The notes beneath the pieces were generated by a model. That model was not told where the DNA came from. It ran no database searches and saw only the letters and a program-made list of their open reading frames with translations. DNA of 13,264 bases. Origin: a virus (Duplodnaviria > Heunggongvirae > Uroviricota > Caudoviricetes). Shown here piece by piece: positions 1 through 7,983 of the stretch. The stretch lies in IMG/VR virus record IMGVR_UViG_2923159863_000006. One strand, 5' to 3'. Made by a program: the position numbers and the translations under genes. Position 1 is the first letter of the stretch; every line of letters begins with the position of its first letter.

Positions 1-2
1 TT

Positions 3-92
3 GCTGATCTGAAGCTGTACGGCATTGATGCTGACAAGCGCACAAGCCTGGAGAAACTGCGAGCAAAGCTTGCAGAAGTCAAAGGCGAGTAG
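3..92 (+). CDS. 3' end of a small phage protein (partial), probably the accessory gene following the major capsid gene
   Basis: Open frame from the window edge, ADLKLYGIDADKRTSLEKLRAKLAEVKGE, with TAG at 90-92 followed by a terminator. The helical pattern resembles short HeH/SAP-like tails (inference). Confidence 0.6.
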   Translation, partial: ADLKLYGIDADKRTSLEKLRAKLAEVKGE

Positions 93-107
93 TACCTGCT
101 TTACCTC

Positions 108-130
108 AGGGCCCTTCGGGGCCCTTTTCT
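108..130 (+). terminator. Rho-independent terminator
   Basis: Perfect stem AGGGCCC (108-114) / GGGCCCT (119-125) with a C(TTCG)G tetraloop, followed by TTTCT. It lies 16 nt after the stop at 92. Confidence 0.85.
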
Positions 131-146
131 ATTTCCGAGGGACGCC

Positions 147-776
147 ATGAGTTCGATAGTAGACATCGCCAACATGGCGCTTTCGCACATCGGTAACAGC
201 GAGCGTATCAACGCTCTGGATGAGGCGAGTGCGCAGGCCGAGCAATGCAGCCTGTTCTTCGAGCCTTGCGTTGATGAGGTCTTGCGTGCCATCCCCTGGG
301 GTTTCGCGACGGCGTTCGTTGATCTGGCGGAAGTAGCAATCAACCCTGACCCGGAGTATCCATACTGCTATGCGATGCCTGTGGACTGCTTATTTGCTCG
401 CCGCATCGTAAACTCGGTATGGCCTGTTGGCTACTACCCTTTCCCCTGCGATTACCAGTTGCCGCAGATCCCGCCGATACAGTTCCGCGTGATCAATGGA
501 TCTAGCGGTAGGCTGATCTCGACAACTGTCTCCCCCGCGAAGCTTGAGTACACCACCAAGCTCTCTACGTCTGAAATCTTCGACCCAATCTTCGTATCTT
601 CTCTGTCTTGGAAACTGGCGGCAAAGATCGCACCTGCGCTCAGTCGTGATGCGAACATTGCGGAGAAATGCGAGCAGCAGTATCAGCTCGAAATCCGAAA
701 AGCTGGGGCAGCCAGCTTCAACGAAGCTCAGCGTGGCCCGCAGCCTGAATCTTCCTTCATCTCGGTGCGCTCATGA
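147..776 (+). CDS. Tail tubular protein A / head-tail adaptor (T7 gp11-like), 209 aa
   Basis: GAGGG RBS at 138-142. The N-terminus MSSIVDIANMALSHIG...I..LDE.S..A..C..FF and the later FDP.F...LSWKLA..IAP.L motif are typical of this family. It precedes the nozzle gene with an ATGA overlap. Confidence 0.85.
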   Translation: MSSIVDIANMALSHIGNSERINALDEASAQAEQCSLFFEPCVDEVLRAIPWGFATAFVDLAEVAINPDPEYPYCYAMPVDCLFARRIVNSVWPVGYYPFPCDYQLPQIPPIQFRVINGSSGRLISTTVSPAKLEYTTKLSTSEIFDPIFVSSLSWKLAAKIAPALSRDANIAEKCEQQYQLEIRKAGAASFNEAQRGPQPESSFISVRS

Positions 777-3112
777 CCCTGCTCGTTCAGCCGTCTTTCA
801 GCGCGGGCGAGATGGCGCCTGCAACCTATGGCCGTGTTGACCTGGCGCGCTACTACACCGGTCTGCGCACCTGTCGAAATTTCCAGGTTCTTCCCGAGGG
901 GGGAGTCCAGAACCGGTCTGGTACGAAGTTCATCGCAGAGGTAAAGGGCAGCGCGAATTTCACTCGGCTGATCCCCTTCCAGTACTCGACCGAGCAGACC
1001 TATATCCTGGAATTCGGCAACCTGTATATCCGCTTCGTGAGCAATGGCGGACAGGTTGTCAGTGGTTCGGTCCCGTATGAAATCGCAAGCCCGTACACGA
1101 CTGCCGATCTGCGCGATCTGAAGTTCACTCAGTCTGCCGACGTTCTGACCATCGTTCACCCGAACTATGCCCCCCGTGAACTGAAGCGTCTCGCTCCGAC
1201 CAACTGGACTCTGACAACTATCGCGTTCCAGCCTGGTATCGCTGCGCCAACTGGTCTTTCGGGCTCTCCGCGGACTGGTGGTTCTGGAGACACAACGAAC
1301 TATAGGTATCGGGTTACGGCAGTCAGTTCGAAGGACACCGGCTCGATAGAATCCTGGGCGAGCAATACCGTCACTGTCGCTAGTTGGGATGGCAAGCCGG
1401 GTGCCACCCTGTCCTGGACAGCCGTAACAGGTGCTGACCATTACAACATCTACAAGGACAAGTCCTCTGGCGTTTTCGGATACATCGGTCAGTCTGACAC
1501 CACGTCGTTCAGCGACATCAATATCGCTCCTGACAACGACAAGACTGTTCCGATTGGATACAACCCGTTTACTGGTGGCAACAACCCATCGGTCGTAGGC
1601 TACTTCCAGCAGCGGCTAGTCTTCGCTGCCAGCAAGGACCAGCCTCAAACTATCTGGATGAGTAGAGTTGGGGACTTCCACAACTTCGGCTATTCAGATC
1701 CATACAAGGACGATGATGGCATCGAGTTCACAATTGCCAGTCGTGAGGTCAACCAGATTCGTCACCTCGTATCGCTGCGTGATCTTCTGGTGCTGACCTC
1801 TGGCGCAGAGTGGTCGGTTAGTTCCTCGAAAGAAACCGGTATCACCCCTGAGTCGATCTCTGTCAGCGCTCAAAGCTACTTTGGGTCTAGTGGCGTGATT
1901 CCTGCCGTCTACGCCAATACTGCGCTTTACATCCAGGCCAGAGGCGGGAAGCTTTCGACGCTCGCCTATAACGATATTGATGCCGGCTTCAGGCCAAGCG
2001 ACGTGAGCGTTCTTTCGTCGCACCTACTGCGCGGGTACACCATCGAGGACCAAGCATTCACGCTGACGCCAAATGGCGTTCTGTGGATGGTCCGTAACGA
2101 TGGTGTATTGCTCGGATTCACGTTCATGCCAGAGCAGCAGGTTTTCGCCTGGCATCGTCACGACACCGATGGTGAGGTTGAATCCGTAGCGACTGTTCCA
2201 GAGGGCGACGAAGATATCCTCTACATGATCGTCAAGCGCACGATCAACGGGTCTACCAAGCGTTACATCGAGCGCATGCAGTCACGCCAGTTGAACAAGT
2301 TCGAAAGCGGCGATTACGTCTATGACCGCTCGTTCTTCGTCGACTGCGGCCTGACCTACGACGGGCGCGGCACCATGAGCGCTACGTTAACTGGTGGGAC
2401 TGACTGGAAATACCCGAACCCTCTGACCCTTGAGGCGCTGTCGGCTCCGTTCAACCCCGGGCATGTCGGGCGCTATCTGATCCTCTACGGCGGTGGAGAC
2501 GAGAACAACATCGGCGATGTGCTAACCGTCAAGATTCTCGCCTATGACTCCCCTGGCGTCGTTTCCGTGGAACCTCAGACTATCGTCCCTGAGTCCTTGC
2601 GCGGGATATCGGCAACGCGCTGGGGCTTCGCCGCAACCACCATCAGTGGGCTTGGCCATCTTGAGGGAAAGACGGTTTCGATTCTCGCAGACGGAAACGT
2701 CGCGCCTCAGGCGGTTGTCTCTGGGGGTTCCATCACGCTGGATGGTCCTTCACTTGTTGTGCATGTCGGCCTCCCGATCACTGCGGAGATAGAGACGCTA
2801 GATATCACCATGCAGAACCAGCAGGCGTTTCTCGGCAACAAGAAGCGCATCAACCAGCTTGTCGTTCTGCTCGAGCAGAGCCGTGGCTTCTGGGCGGGCG
2901 CTCGGAGTGATCGTTTGAGGGCCGCAAGTGGCTGGGAATACAAGCAGCGTGCGACAGAGAACTACGGCGAGCCTATCGAACTGAAGACAGGCAAGGCGGA
3001 GATCAGTATCAGCACAGACTGGACGGACGATGGCCGCATCTTCATCCGCCAAAGCGACCCGCTGCCCATTACGATCTTGGGAGTTCTTCCGAATGTCCAG
3101 GCCGGGGGCTGA
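773..3112 (+). CDS. Tail tubular protein B / nozzle (T7 gp12-like), 779 aa
   Basis: QPSFSAGEMAP.YGRVDL..Y start, RN..V.PEGG..NRSGT, PS.VGYFQQRLVFA, IWMSR.GDFHNF, Q..FAWHRH.TDG, SGL.HLEGKTV and a QSDPLPITILG C-terminus. ATGA overlap with the upstream gene. Confidence 0.92.
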   Translation: MTLLVQPSFSAGEMAPATYGRVDLARYYTGLRTCRNFQVLPEGGVQNRSGTKFIAEVKGSANFTRLIPFQYSTEQTYILEFGNLYIRFVSNGGQVVSGSVPYEIASPYTTADLRDLKFTQSADVLTIVHPNYAPRELKRLAPTNWTLTTIAFQPGIAAPTGLSGSPRTGGSGDTTNYRYRVTAVSSKDTGSIESWASNTVTVASWDGKPGATLSWTAVTGADHYNIYKDKSSGVFGYIGQSDTTSFSDINIAPDNDKTVPIGYNPFTGGNNPSVVGYFQQRLVFAASKDQPQTIWMSRVGDFHNFGYSDPYKDDDGIEFTIASREVNQIRHLVSLRDLLVLTSGAEWSVSSSKETGITPESISVSAQSYFGSSGVIPAVYANTALYIQARGGKLSTLAYNDIDAGFRPSDVSVLSSHLLRGYTIEDQAFTLTPNGVLWMVRNDGVLLGFTFMPEQQVFAWHRHDTDGEVESVATVPEGDEDILYMIVKRTINGSTKRYIERMQSRQLNKFESGDYVYDRSFFVDCGLTYDGRGTMSATLTGGTDWKYPNPLTLEALSAPFNPGHVGRYLILYGGGDENNIGDVLTVKILAYDSPGVVSVEPQTIVPESLRGISATRWGFAATTISGLGHLEGKTVSILADGNVAPQAVVSGGSITLDGPSLVVHVGLPITAEIETLDITMQNQQAFLGNKKRINQLVVLLEQSRGFWAGARSDRLRAASGWEYKQRATENYGEPIELKTGKAEISISTDWTDDGRIFIRQSDPLPITILGVLPNVQAGG

Positions 3113-3572
3113 GCTTAGGGCTGTCGACGAGCAGATTATTGCTCACGTTGTGGCCAATGTCCGCGAGACGGATCGACTTGAGTTCGAGGCTATTCGTGGC
3201 GCCGATGTAGAGCAGGAGTTGCGCAACGCCCTGGAGCAAAGCGAAGAGGCATTTGTTCTGGTCAGTCGTGGTGAGCCTGTCGTCATCTTCGGGTGCATCC
3301 GATACGACGACCGAATCGGCGTACCCTGGATGATCAGCACGCATGCCGTTACCAGGCATCGCGCAGCCTTCCTCCAGGAGTGCAGGGATCAGATCGGCCG
3401 CATGCGTCAACGCTACGCGGCACTCATCAATTACACCGACGCCAGATATGAGCAGGCCCTGCGCTGGATGCAGTGGCTCGGCTTCGACATGCTCGATGCT
3501 GTCGAGTACGGCGTAAACGGTGAACTTTTCCACCCATTCACTATGCGAGGCGAACTATGGGCGCAGCATTAG
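3093..3572 (+). CDS. T7 gp13-like (DUF2833) GNAT-fold virion-assembly protein, 159 aa
   Basis: ATG at 3093 with GGGAG at 3079-3083 is preferred over the track start at 3030. Motifs RETDRLE, G.PWMIST and LINY.DARY..A.RW..WLGF; position directly after the nozzle gene. Confidence 0.8.
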   Translation: MSRPGAELRAVDEQIIAHVVANVRETDRLEFEAIRGADVEQELRNALEQSEEAFVLVSRGEPVVIFGCIRYDDRIGVPWMISTHAVTRHRAAFLQECRDQIGRMRQRYAALINYTDARYEQALRWMQWLGFDMLDAVEYGVNGELFHPFTMRGELWAQH

Positions 3573-4030
3573 CACCAGCAGCGGCGGCGGCTTCTGTAGG
3601 TGGGGGAATCCTTAGTGCCTATTCGCAGATTCAGCAGGGCAAGGATGCTGTACGCACCGCGAACCGACAGCAGGCCTATCTAAATCGCCAGGCACGCCAG
3701 GTGCTGGACCAAGGCGAATTCGAAGACGCTCAATTGTACGAGCAGGGGCGGCAGGTCGTTGGCGCCCAACGTGCCGGGTTCGCGGCTAACGGCGTAGACG
3801 TGAACAGCGGAAGCGCGTCCCGTGTTCAAGAGTCGACGATGAATCAGGTTGCCATGGATGCGGAGCAGGTCAGGCGCAACGCATTCAGCCAGGCGTTTGG
3901 CCTGGTCACGCAGGGTAACGAAGGGATTCGCCAGGCCCGCGCCGACTATCGCACTCGTCGCCTGAATGCCTTCAGTTCTCTTCTCACTGGCGGCTCGCAA
4001 GCCTACGGCAACTACAGGGCGCTTTCCTGA
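3557..4030 (+). CDS. Internal virion/ejection protein (T7 gp14-like position), 157 aa
   Basis: Ala/Gly/Gln-rich. Hydrophobic N-terminus (AAAAASVGGGILSAYSQ), central G.QRAGFAANGVDVNSGSA..V motif and C-terminal FSSLLTGGSQAY. GAGG RBS at 3547-3550. Confidence 0.78.
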   Translation: MGAALAPAAAAASVGGGILSAYSQIQQGKDAVRTANRQQAYLNRQARQVLDQGEFEDAQLYEQGRQVVGAQRAGFAANGVDVNSGSASRVQESTMNQVAMDAEQVRRNAFSQAFGLVTQGNEGIRQARADYRTRRLNAFSSLLTGGSQAYGNYRALS

Positions 4031-6066
4031 TGGCAGCACAGATCCCGCAATATCGGCGCAGGGTAGGCTCTGACGTCGCACAGGCGCCCCGCGCGCTTGG
4101 CCAGAGCGTTGATGCGTCAGGCCTGGCCCAAGGTTTGTCGAGCGTATCCAACGCGATAACTCAGATATCGCTGAAGGAGAAACAAGAGGCCGACCAGACT
4201 GCGCTCATCGACTTCAGCACGAAGGTTGATCAGCTCCGAAATGATCTGATGTACAACCCAGAAACTGGAGCTATGACAAAAAAGGGCGGCGCCGCCCTGA
4301 ATGTAACCGGAAAGACCGTCGGCGCGTTTGATGAGCGAACCGCTCAGCTTATCGACGGCCTGGCAAATGAGGATCAACGACGCCAGGCAAAGCAGTATGT
4401 TGCAAAGTCGAGGACTGATTTTGAGGGGACTCTTGGTCGGTACGAGTTCAAACAGCAGCAAGCGTATAAGGATCAGGTCGATCTGGCCGCAATCGCCACG
4501 GCGCAGAACACTGCGGCACTGAACTACAACGACCCTAAAGCTGTAGAGGAAAGCCGAAGCCGAATCGACGGGATACTTCAGCTTCAGGCTCAACGCAATG
4601 GCTGGGGCCCAGAGGTATTGGAGGCTAGACGGCAGAAGGTCGGCAGCGAGATGTACGCCGACGTTCTTCAGCGCCAAGCTGCCGAGGATCCATATCGAGC
4701 ACAGAAAACTCTGAAAGAGGTCCAGGGCTCTCTTACTGCTGATGATCTGGTTCGTGTTGGCGGCATGATTGAAAGCAAGATAGACCGGCTTCAACAAAAG
4801 GCCGAGATGGCCGCTCTTCGCCGAGAGAACGCAGCTCAGCAGACGCTTAACAAGATCAATGCTCAGATAGCTAGCGGCGTACCTGCTAGCGATGAAATGT
4901 GGAAGGAGTGGAGTCGGTCAGTGCAGGGTACTTCTGCACAGAAAGATTTTCAGGAGTTGGTCTCTCAGGAGGTTGAAACTCAAAAGGTTCTCAACGGGAT
5001 GCCTATTGATCAGCAGGCCATGTATGTGAACCAGAAAGCTGCTGAACTCCAAAAGAACGGGGGCACTCTTGCAGAGGCCAACAATCTGGCCCGCCTTGGC
5101 CGCGCTATAGCTGCAAGCAGCAAGATGCTTGGCGAGGCGCCTCTCGAATATTTCCAGACTCGCCTTGGCGGTGAAGTCCAACCAATAGACCTTAGTTCTG
5201 ATGATCTGCCTGACGTGCTATCGCAGCGCATCACCGCTATTCGCAGCTTGCAAGACAAGTTCGGGCAAACGGTTTCAATGAAGCCACTACTGCCGCAGGA
5301 AGCAAAACAGCTTAGCGCACAGGTCGAAGGTATGAGCCCACAACAGCAAAGTGAGCTTTTTGGCAAGCTACATACTGCTATGGGTGATGATCGCGCCTAT
5401 GCCGGGGCAATGCAGCAGATCGCTCCTGACTCTCCAATCAGGGCTCTTACCGGTATGCTAGCAGGGAAACAAAGAAGCCTTGTGACGGAGACAAAATGGT
5501 TCAGGCCTGATGTTGAAGTTACCAGCGGCGACGTAGCGCGCACAATGGCGACTGGAGAGAGCATCCTGAACAAGACGAGAGCGCAGAGGCAGGCAGATGG
5601 CGCATCGACAAAGTACCCGATTCCTCCAGAGAAGGAATTTGTGGTTGAGCTTGATAAACAACTAGGAGGGGTATTTGCAGGTCAGCCGCAATCTTATGGC
5701 CTTGCTCTCCAGGCTGTTAAAGCTTATTACACCGGAGCCGCTGCCGAGCAGGGAATTGCTAGCGCTGATGTTGACAGCGATCTTATGAATAAAGCCATAA
5801 AGGCCTCTATTGGCAGCGTCGTCGACTTTAACGGACAAAAGACGATAGCTCCTTGGGGTATGAGTGGTTCGGACTTTGAGCCTGCCGCTAGGGCAAGCAT
5901 CGAGCAGTTGCTGGATGAACAAGGCGCATCCGATCTTGATAAAGCGATGATCGATAATTACACGCTTCGCCAGGCTCGTGACGGAGTCTACTACGTCATG
6001 CAGGGACAGCAGTTCAAATATGGCACGGACGGCAAGCCATTGATTATCAAGGTTGGTGGCCAATGA
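4030..6066 (+). CDS. Internal virion/ejection protein (gp15-like), 678 aa
   Basis: Intact long, helical Ala/Gln-rich ORF starting MAAQIPQY. TGATG coupling upstream and ATGA coupling downstream; position within the ejection cassette. Confidence 0.75.
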   Translation: MAAQIPQYRRRVGSDVAQAPRALGQSVDASGLAQGLSSVSNAITQISLKEKQEADQTALIDFSTKVDQLRNDLMYNPETGAMTKKGGAALNVTGKTVGAFDERTAQLIDGLANEDQRRQAKQYVAKSRTDFEGTLGRYEFKQQQAYKDQVDLAAIATAQNTAALNYNDPKAVEESRSRIDGILQLQAQRNGWGPEVLEARRQKVGSEMYADVLQRQAAEDPYRAQKTLKEVQGSLTADDLVRVGGMIESKIDRLQQKAEMAALRRENAAQQTLNKINAQIASGVPASDEMWKEWSRSVQGTSAQKDFQELVSQEVETQKVLNGMPIDQQAMYVNQKAAELQKNGGTLAEANNLARLGRAIAASSKMLGEAPLEYFQTRLGGEVQPIDLSSDDLPDVLSQRITAIRSLQDKFGQTVSMKPLLPQEAKQLSAQVEGMSPQQQSELFGKLHTAMGDDRAYAGAMQQIAPDSPIRALTGMLAGKQRSLVTETKWFRPDVEVTSGDVARTMATGESILNKTRAQRQADGASTKYPIPPEKEFVVELDKQLGGVFAGQPQSYGLALQAVKAYYTGAAAEQGIASADVDSDLMNKAIKASIGSVVDFNGQKTIAPWGMSGSDFEPAARASIEQLLDEQGASDLDKAMIDNYTLRQARDGVYYVMQGQQFKYGTDGKPLIIKVGGQ

Positions 6067-7983
6067 GCTTCATCGGTGACTTGGCGTTTGAGGATCAACG
6101 CGCGCTAGAAGATGAGGCGCTAGCCAATCCCGCAGTAAATGACACATCTCCAGATTTTTGGGATGGGTCGCTTGATTCTATTGGCACGGGCTTCATCCGT
6201 GGAGCGTTTGAGGCTGCATCGTCGGTAGAAGCAGGTTTTAACAATCTCTGGATCAGCGGGCTGGATGCCGCTGCATCTGCATTCTTGCCTGAGCCTCGCG
6301 GTGGCGGCACGCCTAGCGTAACTGATGCGGAAACAATGTTGCGCGATGAGCAGGCCAAGGCGAATGCTGAATACATCACAAACCTTCGACCAGATCCTGA
6401 AACTACCGGCATGGCAGCCCAGGTTACTGGCGAACTGGCAGCCGTAATCCCTCGCACCATCGCAGGTTTTGCTGCCGGGGGCCAGTTGGAGGAGCAATTG
6501 CCGCAGGCGCTCCGGCTGGATATGCAGGCGCTATTGAGGCTGAAGCGCAGGGAATTGACCCTGAGACGGCTAGAATTAAAGGTGCTATCGACGCTGCCAC
6601 ATATGGGATTGGTGCACTGATGCCGGCAGCTAGGTTCGTCGGCGCTGCTGTTCCTGACTTTGCTGTAACGGTTGGGGCAAACGTCGGCCTCGGTGTTGCA
6701 TCTCGCGGCGGGACTGCTGCGCTACTGGAAGCTAATGGTTACACCCAGCAGGCCCAGCAGTATAAGGCCCTTGACGCCACTAGCATGGCGGTTGACGCTG
6801 TTCTTGGAGCGGCATTCTGGGTGTAGGGAGGATCGGCGCTCGCGCTCCTCAGCAAGATATAGACGCAGCACTGGCAGCAAACAACAGCGGCCATGCGCAA
6901 GATGGATCGGCCCCAGGGGCTCCGGTTGACCCTGCCTCATCAGTTGCCCATCAAAGCGCTCTGGACTTGGCTATCAGGCAATTATCCCGAAATGAACCCG
7001 TAGACCTTTCGCCTATTGCGCCTTTGGTGGATAGAGCCGAGTTCCTTCGCGGTAATCGTGTTGGGCCAGATGACGCGGCTATCCGCTCAGCTGCGGAGCA
7101 GGAAGTTATCCCGCTGATTCGCCAGGAACTTGAGGCGGAAGCTGGCGGACGCTCAGGCGTCATTAACGACTTAAAGGTGGAGCGCGCATATCTCAGCTCG
7201 GAACTGTCGCGCATCGCAGACACATTCAAAAGCCGCGCCAAGGACTTCCAAGGCCAGCGAATGTCGCGTAAGCAGGCAGAGTCTGCCGCTCGCCGCGCGA
7301 TAGCTAGTGAGCGCGCTTCGCTTCAAACCAGAATTACCGAGATAGATCGAGTTTTTTCCGAGAACCGTGCAGCAGAGCGTGCAGCCGGGGAAATAAACCA
7401 GATTGACCGAGGTGAAATCCCGGCGCGATTCATGGACCGCATTGCTTCACGCGAGGCGGAAATTAAGGATGGTTATCGCAAGACCGCTCTTGTAAGCAGT
7501 GTCAGTCCTGATCGAGGCGCTGCACTTATGCGCCTTGCCAACGATGAGATTCGGAAAATCCTTCCAGAGCAATTCCCCAATCAGTCTGCTCCTGATGCTA
7601 CCTCAGTGCGCACCCCTGAGCGTGATGCCGCATCCGCTGTAGATGATGCGCTAGCGAATCCAGGCCGAGGTATCTCTCGCGCCACGCCTCGCACCGACGA
7701 GGCGGCTAGGTCTGGCGGCCCAGAGAGTCAAGCAAGACCCAAATCTTCCGGGCGAGCCGATGAAAGCGAACTGGATCCAGTGGTTTCGGATTTGGTCCAG
7801 TCAATTATGGCAGGAGAGCGCGAAATAATGCTGCCCACTGGAGCGGTTGATGCGGACGGGAATATGGTCACTGTCTCGGCCCGCGAGCTACTTGAGCAGG
7901 CGGACGCTCAGGTGGCGCGCGCCGAGAATGACTCCAAGGGAATTATTGCTGCTGCGCTTTGTGCGCTGAGGTTTGGAAACTGA
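6063..7983 (+). pseudogene. Internal virion/ejection protein (epsilon15 gp16-like), ~640 aa when reframed; frameshifted as sequenced, probably sequencing error
   Basis: Track ORFs 6063-6620, 6620-6826 and 6967-7983 join by adding one G at G5 6477-6481 (FAAGG-PVGGAIAAGAPAG) and one G at GGG 6819-6821 (AAFW-GVGRIGARAP). The result is 641 codons with no internal stop, ending SARELLEQAD...AALCALRFGN. Confidence 0.75.

Noticed and set aside
3030-3092. Track start of the gp13-like ORF at 3030
   Set aside because: It overlaps the nozzle gene by 83 nt with low-complexity text. ATG at 3093 has a good RBS.
6620-6929. Small separate genes 6620-6826 and 6672-6929
   Set aside because: The first is an internal fragment of the gp16-like gene. 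The second is an alternative frame with no support.
7959-7982. Track start at 7959 (GTG)
   Set aside because: ATG at 7983 forms a TGATG coupling and gives the family-typical MRRQCIQAV start.
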